Shown here piece by piece: positions 9,523-19,387 of a stretch of 64,000 bases of DNA. The notes under the pieces are model-generated. The model did not search any database. It worked only from the letters and a program-made list of their open reading frames with translations, and was not told the origin of the DNA. This stretch comes from Gammaproteobacteria bacterium (lineage in GTDB: Bacteria > Pseudomonadota > Gammaproteobacteria > DATFLL01): NCBI GenBank assembly GCA_035267785.1, contig DATFLL010000061.1, forward strand, positions 477-64,476, given 5' to 3'. How positions within the stretch are numbered: the stretch's first letter is position 1; each line of letters opens with the position of its first letter. A program made the position numbers and the translations under genes.

Positions 9523-10788
9523 TCAGGTCCCAGGCGGGCCTTTGAACCCGATGACAATATCCATGACATTGGTACCGGTCGGGCCGGTGTGTATCAGGTC
9601 GCCGGCGGCGTCAAGAAAGGTCCCGGCGTCGGCCCGCGCCAGACAGTCGTCGGCGGCGAGCGCCTGCGCCTCGCCGCGGCCCACCGTGCCCCCGTCCACC
9701 AGCGCCCCGGCGTCCTCAGTCGGCCCGTCGGTGCCGTCCGTGCCCAATGCGAGCAGCCACACATCGTCGCGCCCGGCCAGCGCCCGGGCGGCCGCCAGGG
9801 CCATGGTCTGATTGCGCCCGCCGCGGCCGGGCGCCTCGGGCAGGCGCACGGTGGTCTCCCCGCCCCACACGTGCAGCCCCGGCGGTCCCGCACACAGCGC
9901 CTCGGCGAGCGCAGCGCCGCAGGCCGCCGCATCGCCGCGGAGGGCCTCTCCGTGATCGCGCGCCTCCAGGCCCATCCGCCGGGCCGCCGTCACCGCCGCC
10001 GCCCGTGCCTCGGCGTTGCTCGCCACAATGCGCGTCTGCACGCGCGCAAAGGCGGCTGTCGGCGGTGGTGCGTTCGATGTCTGCGCCTCGGTCAGAAGCC
10101 GTTCGAGCCACACCGGTAGGGCCGCGCCCGGCCGAGCCTTCGCCGCCCCCCCGGCCGGCGGAGGAACCAATAAACCCGAGCCGATGATTTCGGGCCGATC
10201 CCCCGGGACATCGGAGATCAGGAGGTTCACCACCCGGCGCCCGGACAGGTGTTCAACGAGGCGCCCGCCCTTGATGCGGGACAGGGACGAGCGGACCCGG
10301 TTCATGGCCGCGATATCCAGTCCGCTGCCGAGCAGCCAGTCATTGACCCGCTGCAGCTCGGCCAGGTCGACACCGGGAACGAGGACCTCCACCAGGGCCG
10401 AGGCGCCGCCGGAGATGAGACTCAGCACCGGGGCGCCCGCCGGCAGGGTATCGAGGAAGGCCAGGAGGCGCTCACCCGCCGCCAGGCTGCGGGCATCGGG
10501 CCGCGGATGACCTGCCTCCAGGCAGGGCCAGGCGGCGCCAGGGACAGCCTCGGGGCTCCTCCCGGGCGGCGGGCAGTGGCCGTCCTTGGAAATCACCAGG
10601 GCCCCGGCGATGGCCTCGCCCAGGGCGTCCCGCGCCCCCGCCGCCATGGTCGGGGCGGCCTTGCCCACAGCGAACAGGTACCACGGCCCTGTCTCGCGCC
10701 CCGAATCCGCCAGGCAGCGGGCGACACAGGCCCGGCCGTCCACGGCCTTTAGCGACGACTCCATTATTTTCAATAAGTTATTTCGCAT
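9523..10788 (-). CDS. glycerate 2-kinase / hydroxypyruvate reductase TtuD-like (MOFRL family)
   Basis: About 420 aa. GckA/TtuD-like N- and C-terminal domains (LISGGASALVE..., GTDGTDGPTEDAGALVD). The start is ambiguous, lying between 10764 and 10839. Confidence 0.75.
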   Translation of the reverse strand: MRNNLLKIMESSLKAVDGRACVARCLADSGRETGPWYLFAVGKAAPTMAAGARDALGEAIAGALVISKDGHCPPPGRSPEAVPGAAWPCLEAGHPRPDARSLAAGERLLAFLDTLPAGAPVLSLISGGASALVEVLVPGVDLAELQRVNDWLLGSGLDIAAMNRVRSSLSRIKGGRLVEHLSGRRVVNLLISDVPGDRPEIIGSGLLVPPPAGGAAKARPGAALPVWLERLLTEAQTSNAPPPTAAFARVQTRIVASNAEARAAAVTAARRMGLEARDHGEALRGDAAACGAALAEALCAGPPGLHVWGGETTVRLPEAPGRGGRNQTMALAAARALAGRDDVWLLALGTDGTDGPTEDAGALVDGGTVGRGEAQALAADDCLARADAGTFLDAAGDLIHTGPTGTNVMDIVIGFKGPPGT

Positions 10789-10875
10789 ATCGAACGAAAA
10801 TCTAGTTTCCTCGGCTAAGCGGTGGAACCATCGGGGCAATTGTCGCCCGCCGTCCGGGGGCGGCCAACAAGCCGA

Positions 10876-10904
10876 TTGACGGCCCTCCCGGGGTCGGCTA
10901 TACC
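10876..10904 (+). promoter_or_regulatory. near-consensus sigma-70 promoter (TTGACG, 17 bp spacer, TATACC)
   Basis: TTGACG at 10876-10881, an exact 17-nt spacer, then TATACC at 10899-10904. No annotated plus-strand gene lies immediately downstream. Confidence 0.5.
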
Positions 10905-10910
10905 TTGCCT

Positions 10911-11242
10911 GAGGCCGTCGAAAGCCGACCAGGGAGGTCGCCGAGACGGCCTTGAATGCTCACAGGCCACGGCGTGTTACAGGAGGTAACCATGCTGTCC
11001 AAGCAAGTCCGATAAGAAACGCTTCCCCTGGTCTATGTCGCGGTCGGCGTAGTTGCTATGACGACCGCAGCACGGGCCAACGCATTTCTGTCGAACCCAT
11101 TGGGCATCACCGCGGTCCTGGTCCTGCGGCCGCATTGCGGCAACGGGACGAATCATCGCCATGTAAGCAGTTAACCGCTGCTTTTTTCTTAGCAGAGCTG
11201 CCACAAGCCTTGCAGAGCCCCTTCCTCAGGGGCTCTTTTTTT
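10911..11242 (+). ncRNA. candidate standalone structured RNA (about 330 nt) ending in two tandem rho-independent terminators
   Basis: It runs from the predicted transcription start at about 10911 to terminator 1 (AAGCAG-TTAACCG-CTGCTT then TTTTTCTT, 11165-11190) and terminator 2 (GAGCCCCT-TCCTC-AGGGGCTC then T7, 11215-11242). The body is GC-rich with nested helices (GTCGGC...GCCGAC and GGCCGTC...GACGGCC). Only tiny ORFs of 7 and 36 codons are present. Confidence 0.4.
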
Positions 11243-11341
11243 GTCTGTATCCTCATGCGCCAATCGCGCGCCGGATTTCATGCCCGCCCTGCTACAATGC
11301 ACGCCATCCGGTCGATACGCCACTCCCACGGTAACAGAGGC

Positions 11342-11794
11342 ATGCCCGATTCGACTGCCGACAGCGCGGCCAATAACGAGAACGTCGAACAACGCCCGCA
11401 GGTGGGTGTCGGCGCCGTGGTGTTTCGCGATGAGCGCGTGCTCCTCGTGCTGCGCGGCCAGGCGCCCAATGCCGGCCAGTGGGCCATTCCGGGCGGGCGC
11501 GTGCGCTGGGGAGAAACCCTGCAGGCGGGCGCCGAACGGGAAATATTCGAGGAGACCGGCGTACGCATCCGCGCCGCCGAGCCCGTCTTCGCCTTCGAGG
11601 TAATCGAGGACGAAGACGGCGCCTGCGCCACTCACTACGTGGTCGTGGACCTGGCCGCCGAATACCTGGAGGGAGAGCCGCGCGCGGGCGACGACGCCGC
11701 CGAGGCGCGCTGGGTCAGTGCCGCCGAGCTCGCCGCACTGCCGGTCAATGAAACGACCCGCCGGTTGCTCAGGAGCCGATACGACTTCGGCTAA
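11342..11794 (+). CDS. NUDIX hydrolase
   Basis: NUDIX box GGRVRWGETLQAGAEREIFEETGV. The start is set at the ATG with an AGAGG ribosome-binding site. The 5' extension in the ORF track (10952-11341) crosses two terminators and is rejected. Confidence 0.8.
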   Translation: MPDSTADSAANNENVEQRPQVGVGAVVFRDERVLLVLRGQAPNAGQWAIPGGRVRWGETLQAGAEREIFEETGVRIRAAEPVFAFEVIEDEDGACATHYVVVDLAAEYLEGEPRAGDDAAEARWVSAAELAALPVNETTRRLLRSRYDFG

Positions 11795-11836
11795 CGCGGA
11801 TTGCGCTACCCGCCGCGGGCGCGGCCAAGGCAGGAT

Positions 11837-13030
11837 TCATCCGAGACCGTCCAGTCCGCGCGCCAGGTCGGCCTGGATATCGGCGACGTCCTCCAGCCCC
11901 ACGGCAATGCGCAGGAGCCCGTCGCCGATGCCGGCATCGGCCCGCTGCTCCGGCGTCAGGCGGCCGTGGGTGGTCGTCGCCGGGTGCGTGATGGTGGTCT
12001 TGGCATCGCCCAGGTTCGCCGTGATCGACAGCAGCCGCGTGGCGTCCACCACTCGCCATGCCTCCTCGCGGCCGCCGCGTACGTCAAAGGCCAGCACGCC
12101 GCCGAATCCGCTTTGCTGCAGCGCGGCCAGATCGTGCTGCGGATGCGAGGCCAGCCCCGGGTAATACACCCGCGCCACGGCCGGGTGTGCCTCCAGCCAC
12201 CGCGCCAGCGCCAGCGCATTGTCACTGTGCGCCTGCATGCGCAGTCGCAGTGTTTCCAGGCCCTTGAGAAACACCCAGGCGTTGAACGGGCTCATGGTCG
12301 GGCCCGCCGTGCGCAAAAAACCGAATACCTCCTTGCCGACGCGCTCGGCGTCGCCGACCACCGCGCCGCCGATGCAGCGCCCCTGGCCGTCCAGATACTT
12401 GGTGGCCGAATGGATGACAATATCCGCGCCCAGGGCGAGAGGCTGCTGCAGCGCCGGCGTGCAAAAGCAGTTGTCCACGATAAGCAGGCAGTTGTTGGCG
12501 TGCGCCAATTCGGCCAGGGCTCGTATGTCGGCCACGTCGGTGAGGGGGTTGGAGGGCGTTTCCAGGAACAACAGGCGCGTCTCGGGACGGATCGCCTCGC
12601 GCCAGGCCTCGATGTCAGTCAGCGACACGTAGGTCGTCTCCACGCCAAAACGCCCGAGGTAGTTATTGAACAACACGGTGGTCGTCCCGAAGATGGAGCG
12701 CGAGGAGACGATGTGATCGCCCTGGCCGAGCAGCGCCACGCAGGTGCTGAGGATCGCCGACATGCCCGATGCGGTCGCCACGCAGCGCTCCCCGCCCTCC
12801 AGGGCCGCCAGGCGCTCCTCGAAGGTACGCACCGTCGGGTTGGTAAAGCGCGAATAGATATTGCCCGGTTCCTCTCCTCCGAAACGTGCCGCCGCCTGTG
12901 CCGCACTGTCGAAGACGAAGCTCGAAGTCGTAAAGATCGGTTCGCCCTGCTCGCCCTCGCTGGTGCGATGCTGCCCCGCGCGCACCGCGCGCGTGGCGAA
13001 ACCGTACGCCTCCCAATCCTCCTCCGTCAT
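11837..13030 (-). CDS. metZ: O-succinylhomoserine sulfhydrylase (Cys/Met-metabolism PLP enzyme)
   Basis: PLP-lysine region HSATKYLDGQG and overall trans-sulfuration family similarity. It sits directly downstream of purF, as in Pseudomonas. Confidence 0.85.
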   Translation of the reverse strand: MTEEDWEAYGFATRAVRAGQHRTSEGEQGEPIFTTSSFVFDSAAQAAARFGGEEPGNIYSRFTNPTVRTFEERLAALEGGERCVATASGMSAILSTCVALLGQGDHIVSSRSIFGTTTVLFNNYLGRFGVETTYVSLTDIEAWREAIRPETRLLFLETPSNPLTDVADIRALAELAHANNCLLIVDNCFCTPALQQPLALGADIVIHSATKYLDGQGRCIGGAVVGDAERVGKEVFGFLRTAGPTMSPFNAWVFLKGLETLRLRMQAHSDNALALARWLEAHPAVARVYYPGLASHPQHDLAALQQSGFGGVLAFDVRGGREEAWRVVDATRLLSITANLGDAKTTITHPATTTHGRLTPEQRADAGIGDGLLRIAVGLEDVADIQADLARGLDGLG

Positions 13031-13107
13031 AGCCACTCCTCCACCTGTGTCATCGACTGTCACCTCTTGCGCCGTTGGCCGGCGCACGGGCGCAAACGGC
13101 CCTGGTC

Positions 13108-13171
13108 TTGGGCACAAAAAAACCCGCTCAGCAAATGCTAAAGCAGGTCTCCCTCGCTTTAGCTGCATTTG
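13108..13171 (-). terminator. intrinsic terminator after purF
   Basis: On the minus strand there is a CAAATGCAGCTAAAGC...GCTTTAGCATTTG hairpin followed by a T7 run. Confidence 0.5.
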
Positions 13172-13259
13172 TTACGCGCCCGCAAGCTGAGCTCAAATCG
13201 GCGCGAAGTTTCACACTAGGCAATTGGCCGGGCCCTGTCAAGCGCTCACCGGCGAACCG

Positions 13260-14768
13260 TCAATTGGCGTTGTGCAGCTCGATGACCTCGTGCTCGAGGT
13301 CGCTCAGTTCCTTGGCCGTGTCGTTTCGGGCCTCTTCGAGCTGCTCGAGATAGGTCTCGGTCACGTCACCGGTCACGTAGTCGCCGTTGAACACCGACGT
13401 ATCGAACCGCGTGATCTTCTGATTGCCCCGGCGGGTGGCGCGCACCAGATCGTCCAGGTCCTGGTACACCAGCCAGTCCGCGCCAATGGCCTCGGCGATC
13501 TGCTTCTCATCGCGCCCGTGCCCGATCAACTCCTTGGCCGAAGGCATGTCGATGCCATAGACGTTGGGATAGCGCACCGGCGGCGCCGCCGAGGCGAAAT
13601 AGACCTTTTTGGCGCCGGCATCGCGCGCCATTTGAATGATCTGCTGGGACGTCGTGCCGCGAACGATGGAGTCGTCAACGAGCAGCACGTTCTTGCCCTT
13701 GAATTCCAGGTTGATCGCGTTGAGCTTCTGTCGCACCGACTTCTTGCGCTGCTTCTGCCCCGGCATGATGAAGGTTCGCCCGATATAGCGGTTCTTGATA
13801 AAGCCTTCGCGGTACATCACCCCGAGCTTGTAGGACAGCTGCAGCGCCGACGTGCGGCTGGTATCCGGAATGGGAATGACGACGTCGATGTCGTGTTCCG
13901 GGCGCTCGCGCAGGATCTTCTCGGCCAGGAATTCGCCCATGCGCATGCGCGCCTTGTAGACCGATATCCCGTCGATAATCGAATCGGGACGTGCGAAGTA
14001 TACGTGCTCGAAGATACACGGCGAGTACGAAGGCGACTCGGCGCACTGGCGGGTGTGCAGGTTGCCGTCCACGTCGATGAACACCGCCTCGCCCGGTTCG
14101 ATATCGCGAACCAGCTCGAAACCCAAGGCGTCTATCGCGACGCTCTCCGAAGCGATGGCGTACTCGGTTCCCTGGTCCGTGTGGCGCTTGCCGAAGACCA
14201 CGGGGCGAATACCGTACGGGTCGCGAAAGCCGACGATACCGTAGCCGTTGATCATGGCGACGGCGGCATAGGCGCCGCGGCAGCGCTGATGCACGGCCGT
14301 CACGGCCTCGAACACGTCGTGCTCGTCAATCCGCAGCTTGCCCCGGTTCTGCAGCTCGTGGGCGAAGATATTGAGCAGGACCTCGGAGTCGGAATTGGTA
14401 TTGATGTGGCGGCGATCCTCGACGAACAGATCGCGCTTCAGATCGTCGGCGTTGGTGAGATTGCCATTGTGGCCCAGGGCGATTCCGTAGGGCGAGTTGA
14501 CATAAAACGGTTGGGCCTCGGCCGAAGAGGAACACCCCGCCGTCGGATAACGCACATGCCCGATGCCCATGTTGCCCGGCAGGCGCAGCATGTGCCGCGT
14601 GTGGAACACATCGCGCACCAGGCCGTTGTCCTTGCGCAGGTGCATGCGTCCCTCGTGGCAGGTCACGATGCCGGCGGCATCCTGGCCCCGGTGCTGCAAG
14701 ACCGTCAGCGCGTCGTACAGCGCCTGGTTGACCGGACTCTTGGCTACGATGCCGATTATGCCGCACAT
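13260..14768 (-). CDS. purF: amidophosphoribosyltransferase
   Basis: N-terminal MCGIIGIV (catalytic Cys2), glutamine amidotransferase type II plus PRT domains. Confidence 0.93.
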   Translation of the reverse strand: MCGIIGIVAKSPVNQALYDALTVLQHRGQDAAGIVTCHEGRMHLRKDNGLVRDVFHTRHMLRLPGNMGIGHVRYPTAGCSSSAEAQPFYVNSPYGIALGHNGNLTNADDLKRDLFVEDRRHINTNSDSEVLLNIFAHELQNRGKLRIDEHDVFEAVTAVHQRCRGAYAAVAMINGYGIVGFRDPYGIRPVVFGKRHTDQGTEYAIASESVAIDALGFELVRDIEPGEAVFIDVDGNLHTRQCAESPSYSPCIFEHVYFARPDSIIDGISVYKARMRMGEFLAEKILRERPEHDIDVVIPIPDTSRTSALQLSYKLGVMYREGFIKNRYIGRTFIMPGQKQRKKSVRQKLNAINLEFKGKNVLLVDDSIVRGTTSQQIIQMARDAGAKKVYFASAAPPVRYPNVYGIDMPSAKELIGHGRDEKQIAEAIGADWLVYQDLDDLVRATRRGNQKITRFDTSVFNGDYVTGDVTETYLEQLEEARNDTAKELSDLEHEVIELHNAN

Positions 14769-14833
14769 AGTTCAGTGTTCCTCAGATGAAGCCTTTTAAG
14801 CTTAGCATGCCGACCGCCCCGGCACAGACACGC

Positions 14834-15322
14834 TCAGTAACTGAAATTGCGCGCCACGTCCGGCGGCAGAAAACCACGCAGCCACAGCGCAACCGTCTGA
14901 AACTGGGGCACCAATGCAGATTGGTTCCACCAGGTTTCCTTCGGCACGGAGGTCAGCCCCGCCATCAACACCAGAACCGCCACCAGAACGGTGCCGCGCA
15001 GCATGCCGAAAAACATTCCCAGGACCCGGTCGGTGCCGGTCAGTCCCGTGACCTTGACCAGGCGCGAAGCGAAGAAGTTGACGACGGCCGTGACCATCAG
15101 CGTCAGACCGAACAGAACAGCGAATGCGACGATGAGGCGCAGGGAAGGCGAGTTGACCGATGACTCGAGCAGCCCGGCCATGTTGCCGGCGAAGCTAAGC
15201 GATATCCAGAAGGCCAGGACCCAGCCGGTCAGCGACAGGGCTTCCTTGACGAAGCCGCGCAGCAGACTGACGAACGCCGAGATAAGCACGATGGCGAGGA
15301 TGCCGTAATCGACCCAGATCAT
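14834..15322 (-). CDS. cvpA: colicin V production membrane protein
   Basis: MIWVDYGILAIVLISAFVSLLRGFVKEALSL... Four transmembrane segments. Conserved purF-cvpA adjacency. Confidence 0.85.
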   Translation of the reverse strand: MIWVDYGILAIVLISAFVSLLRGFVKEALSLTGWVLAFWISLSFAGNMAGLLESSVNSPSLRLIVAFAVLFGLTLMVTAVVNFFASRLVKVTGLTGTDRVLGMFFGMLRGTVLVAVLVLMAGLTSVPKETWWNQSALVPQFQTVALWLRGFLPPDVARNFSY

Positions 15323-15419
15323 GCTGCGGTGGAAGGCCCCGTCTACCGTTGCGCGCCCGTTGCGCGCCAACCACAAGCGAGCATTGTAACAAACCCGTCA
15401 CGGCGGCAGAAGCGGCCGC

Positions 15420-16064
15420 TCACGGATGCGCCACCACCAGGGTCTTACCCTTGATGTACTTGTCCAGACGCTTTTGCAGCGCCTCGGCGTCGGCACGGCG
15501 CACCTCGGGGCCCACGCGCACCCGGTAGACCGTAGCGCCGTCGCTGCGGACGGCATCGACGAAGGCGGGGAATTTCTTGGCCCGGAGCCGGTCGCGCAGG
15601 GCCAGCGCGTTTTTCTGGTGGCTGAAGCTGCCGACCTGCACGGCCCAGCCCTTCGGGGCCTGCACATCGGCATCGCTCTTGGAAGGCGCTTTGCCGGGCT
15701 GGGGCGCCGATTCGGCGGCGGATTTGGGCGTCGAGTCGCCCGGGCTCGCCGACTCGTTGGGGCCTGACGGCTTGTCGGCCCCGGCCGGTTGGCCGGCGCT
15801 CTTGCCGGGCGGCGGCGGCGCGGTCAGATCCTTGTCGATGAGCGCACGCCCGCTGTCCTGTTTTTCGGGCGGCTGGGGCATATCGTGAAGCTCCAGCACG
15901 CGCACCTCGCGCTGCTCGGAGGGCTTGGGCGGAATGTTCGTTCCGAAGCTGACGCCCTTGTCTCCACGGCCGCCGTTGAGCAGCATCGGGATGAAGATCA
16001 CGGCCAGCGCGACCAGCACGATGGCGCCTATCAATCGCTGCTTGAGTGGGTTGTGTTCCACAAT
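15420..16064 (-). CDS. dedD: SPOR-domain cell division protein DedD
   Basis: An N-terminal transmembrane segment, a Pro/Ala-rich linker and a C-terminal SPOR domain (WAVQVGSFSHQKNALALRDRL...). A GTG start with a GGGAGG ribosome-binding site at about 16064 is preferred; the start is uncertain. Confidence 0.75.
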   Translation of the reverse strand: MVEHNPLKQRLIGAIVLVALAVIFIPMLLNGGRGDKGVSFGTNIPPKPSEQREVRVLELHDMPQPPEKQDSGRALIDKDLTAPPPPGKSAGQPAGADKPSGPNESASPGDSTPKSAAESAPQPGKAPSKSDADVQAPKGWAVQVGSFSHQKNALALRDRLRAKKFPAFVDAVRSDGATVYRVRVGPEVRRADAEALQKRLDKYIKGKTLVVAHP

Positions 16065-16122
16065 CCTCCCCGGATGCTGACCGCGCACGGCGGTGCGCTA
16101 CTACGGACCGATTATAGGCCGG

Positions 16123-17424
16123 TTACGCGTCGCTGTGCAGGGCCTCGGCCACGGTATAGAAAGAGCCGAAGACGACGATGCGATCGCCGCCGGGCCCCTC
16201 GCCCGACTGGCTGTCCGCCGCCGCGGCGGCGCAAGCATCGGACACACTGTCGAAACAGCGCACGGGCGCCGAACCGCCTCGCCCTTCCAGGACCCTTCCG
16301 AGGACCTCGGCCAGCTGCCTCGCCTTCGCGCCGCGCGGGGCCTGCAGATCGGCGAGATACCACTGGTCCACCTGGTCCGCGACGGCGCTGAAGACGCCCG
16401 CATGATCCTTGTCCGCGAGCATGCCCACGACCGCCCGGGTCTTTCCCACCGGCGGCAGCCCCGCCAGCTGCTCCCCGAGCGCGGCGGCCGCCTCGGGGTT
16501 GTGCGCCACATCCAGTATGCGCGTCACCTCGCCGGGGAGGACCTCGAATCGGCCCGGCAGGCGGGCTTCGAGCAGACCGGCGCGCACGGCCGCCTGCCCG
16601 ACGGGCAGCCGGTCGGCGAGGCAAGCCAGCGCCATCAACACCCCGGCGGCGTTGTCGAGTTGGTGGGCACCACGCAGCGCAGGCAGCGGCAAGGCGTCCC
16701 GGCGCGCCTCGACGCTCTGCCAGGACCACTCACTGCGCCGCATGTGATAAGTGAACTCGCGGCCCAATACATTCAGCTCCGCACCCAGCGACTCGGCGGT
16801 CTGCGCCAGGGCGGCGGGCATGTCACGGCCGCTGTACACGCCCGGCCGACCTTTGCGAAGAATACCGCCCTTCTCGCGCGCGATGGCCTCGCGGTCGTTG
16901 CCCAGCCACTGAGCGTGATCGATGCCTATCGAGGTAATCAGAGCGACATCGGGATCGAGGATGTTGACCGCGTCAAGCCGCCCGCCCATCCCGACCTCGA
17001 GCACCACCACATCCAGCGCGGCGGCGGCGAAGATATCCAGCGCCGCCAGGGTACCGAACTCGAAATAGGTCAGGCTGGTCTCGCCGCGCGCCTGGTCGAT
17101 GCGCTCGAAGGCCGCGCACAGCGCCTCGTCGCCGGCCTCGGCGCCGGCGATGCGAACGCGCTCGTTGTAGCGCAGCAGATGCGGCGAGGTGTACACACCG
17201 ACGCGGTAGCCCGCGGCGGCCAGAATGGCCTCCAGCATGGCTACGCTCGAACCCTTACCGTTGGTGCCGGCGACCGTGATGACCGGACACGGAAACGCCC
17301 CGGGCGCGAGCTCGGGCCGCAGGCGGGCGAAGACCGCCGACACCCGCTCCAGACCGAGCTCAATCTCGGCCGGATGCAGCGTCTCCTGCCAGCGCAGCCA
17401 GGCGTCCAGGGTCGGGAAGCGCAT
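16123..17424 (-). CDS. folC: bifunctional folylpolyglutamate synthase / dihydrofolate synthase
   Basis: P-loop VITVAGTNGKGSS and a Mur-ligase fold. Conserved accD-folC-dedD-cvpA-purF gene order. Confidence 0.9.
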   Translation of the reverse strand: MRFPTLDAWLRWQETLHPAEIELGLERVSAVFARLRPELAPGAFPCPVITVAGTNGKGSSVAMLEAILAAAGYRVGVYTSPHLLRYNERVRIAGAEAGDEALCAAFERIDQARGETSLTYFEFGTLAALDIFAAAALDVVVLEVGMGGRLDAVNILDPDVALITSIGIDHAQWLGNDREAIAREKGGILRKGRPGVYSGRDMPAALAQTAESLGAELNVLGREFTYHMRRSEWSWQSVEARRDALPLPALRGAHQLDNAAGVLMALACLADRLPVGQAAVRAGLLEARLPGRFEVLPGEVTRILDVAHNPEAAAALGEQLAGLPPVGKTRAVVGMLADKDHAGVFSAVADQVDQWYLADLQAPRGAKARQLAEVLGRVLEGRGGSAPVRCFDSVSDACAAAAADSQSGEGPGGDRIVVFGSFYTVAEALHSDA

Positions 17425-17481
17425 CAGTGTTCTGTCAGTGCGTCGATGAGGAGAGCAGGTCGTTGTGGCACTTGCGAAATC

Positions 17482-17644
17482 GTGAGGGGTGAGGTGTGAG
17501 GAGTGAGGGGTAAAGCGTCGGATTAGGAAGCGATCTGCGCCGGTCCATCAGACTGCGAATCCCGGAGCACGATGCATTTCTGGGCCCACGCTGCTCGAAA
17601 CTCGCCACTGTTGCTCCTCACCCCTCACGCCTCACCCCTCACGC
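17482..17644. repeat. intergenic inverted repeat whose about 30-bp arms are each four tandem GTGAGGN units (GTGAGGGGTGAGGTGTGAGGAGTGAGGGG ... CTCCTCACCCCTCACGCCTCACCCCTCACG), spacer about 110 bp
   Basis: Read directly from the sequence. It lies between the folC start and the accD stop. A related CCTCACG array occurs at 33073-33095. Confidence 0.7.
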
Positions 17645-17646
17645 GC

Positions 17647-18507
17647 TCAAGGTGCCGGCTGCCCGGTCAGCATGGTGAGCACGGAAGCGAGGCGGTCGCG
17701 CATGTCGCGCCGGTCGACGATCATGTCCACGGCGCCGTGCTCGAGCAGGAACTCGCTACGCTGGAAGCCCTCGGGCAGAGTCTCGCGCACCGTCTGTTCG
17801 ATCACGCGCGGGCCCGCGAAGCCGATCAGCGCGTTGGGCTCGGCGACGTTGACGTCGCCCAGCATCGCCAAGCTCGCCGAAACGCCGCCCATGGTGGGAT
17901 CGGTGAGCACCGAGATAAAGGGAATACCGCGGCGGCTGAGAACGGCCAGCGCCGCGCTGGTCTTGGCCATCTGCATCAGCGACACCAGCGCCTCCTGCAT
18001 GCGCGCCCCGCCACTGGCCGAGAAGCAAACCAGCGGAATCTCGTGCTCGAGCGAGGCATTGACCGCGCGCACGAAACGCTCGCCCACCACCGAGCCCATG
18101 GAACCGCCCATGAAGCTGAACTCGAAGGCGCCGGCGACCAGGGGCACGCCCTTGACCTGGCCCATCACCACGACGAGGGCATCGTTTTCGTCGGTGACCT
18201 TCTGCGCCTGAGCGATACGGTCGCGGTATTTCTTACTGTCCTTGAAGCGCAGGAAGTCCACGGGCTGCAGACCGCCACCGATTTCCACGCGTGGCTCCTC
18301 GTCGAGGAACGTTTCCAGCCGACGCCGGGCCCCGATGCGCATATGGTGGTCGCACTTGGGACACACATCCAGATTGCGTTCGAGCTCGGCGCGGTACAAC
18401 ACGGCGTTGCAGGCAGGACACTTGGTCCACAGCCCTTCCGGGACCGCCTTCTTGTTGCCGCCCTCGGTGCGAATGCGCGTTGGCAGCAGCTTGTCCAACC
18501 AGCTCAT
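17647..18507 (-). CDS. accD: acetyl-CoA carboxylase carboxyltransferase subunit beta
   Basis: MSWLDKLLP... plus a zinc ribbon [28 protein letters not shown]. Confidence 0.93.
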   Translation of the reverse strand: MSWLDKLLPTRIRTEGGNKKAVPEGLWTKCPACNAVLYRAELERNLDVCPKCDHHMRIGARRRLETFLDEEPRVEIGGGLQPVDFLRFKDSKKYRDRIAQAQKVTDENDALVVVMGQVKGVPLVAGAFEFSFMGGSMGSVVGERFVRAVNASLEHEIPLVCFSASGGARMQEALVSLMQMAKTSAALAVLSRRGIPFISVLTDPTMGGVSASLAMLGDVNVAEPNALIGFAGPRVIEQTVRETLPEGFQRSEFLLEHGAVDMIVDRRDMRDRLASVLTMLTGQPAP

Positions 18508-18532
18508 GGCATCAACTCCTCGATTGTCCTGT

Positions 18533-19384
18533 TCAGGTACCTTCGCCGATCCGGGCTTGTGTCGCGGCTCCGGCGCCGGCCTGCTCGTCCATCGCCGTGC
18601 GCATCTCCGACAGCAAGGCGGCGACGGCCGGTGCAATCCGATCGGGGGTTTCGGCCAGGGCCTCCATCTGGCGCACCAGTGCGCTGCCGACGATGACCGC
18701 GTCGGCCACGGCCGCCACCGCCGCCGCGGTAGCCGCGTCCTTGACCCCGAAACCCACGCCCAGGGGCAATTCGGTATGGCGCCGAATGGCGGACAGGCGA
18801 TCGGCCACGGCCGCGGTATCGAGGTTGGCCGCGCCGGTCACCCCCTTGAGAGAGACATAATAGACAAACCCGCTCGCCACGGCCGCAATCCGGGCGATGC
18901 GTGCCTCGTCGGTGGTCGGCGCAATCAGAAAAATCGGGTCGAGGCCATTCTCGTGCAACACCGCAACCAGCTCACCGGCCTCCTCGGGCGGCAGATCCAC
19001 CGTCAGCACGCCATCGACACCCGCTTCCCTTGCGGCCGCCGCGAACGCGGCATAGCCCATCACTTCCACCGGGTTGAGATAGCCCATGAGCACCACCGGC
19101 GTCGTCTCGTCGCGGCGGCGAAACTCTCGCACCATTTCGAGCACCCGGTGCAGACTGACGTGATGGGTCAGTGCCCGCTCGGTGGCACGTTGAATCACCG
19201 GACCGTCGGCCATGGGATCGGAAAACGGCACGCCGAGCTCAACGACGTCGGCGCCCGCCTCGACCATCGCGTGCATCAGGTCCACGGTCACTGCCGGCTG
19301 CGGATCACCGGCGGTGACGTACGGGATCAGTGCCTTGCGTCCCTGGCCGCGCAGCCGTTCGAATTGTGCTTGCAGTCGGCTCAT
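18533..19384 (-). CDS. trpA: tryptophan synthase alpha chain
   Basis: [28 protein letters not shown]... Confidence 0.92.
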   Translation of the reverse strand: MSRLQAQFERLRGQGRKALIPYVTAGDPQPAVTVDLMHAMVEAGADVVELGVPFSDPMADGPVIQRATERALTHHVSLHRVLEMVREFRRRDETTPVVLMGYLNPVEVMGYAAFAAAAREAGVDGVLTVDLPPEEAGELVAVLHENGLDPIFLIAPTTDEARIARIAAVASGFVYYVSLKGVTGAANLDTAAVADRLSAIRRHTELPLGVGFGVKDAATAAAVAAVADAVIVGSALVRQMEALAETPDRIAPAVAALLSEMRTAMDEQAGAGAATQARIGEGT

Positions 19385-19387
19385 CGT

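Noticed and set aside
10911-11242. CsrB/RsmZ-type, 6S, RNase P or tmRNA identity for the candidate RNA
   Set aside because: It has only three GGA motifs, no tRNA-like 3' end, and no match to the remembered conserved cores of these RNAs. It is left as an unclassified candidate.
10952-11341. N-terminal extension of the NUDIX ORF
   Set aside because: It spans two strong intrinsic terminators and a promoter-like region. The protein text is Arg-rich and nonsensical. The real start at 11342 has a ribosome-binding site.
16093-17499. 468-aa plus-strand ORF
   Set aside because: It lies antisense to folC, whose identity is secure. The protein shows GC-rich codon bias and no recognisable motifs.
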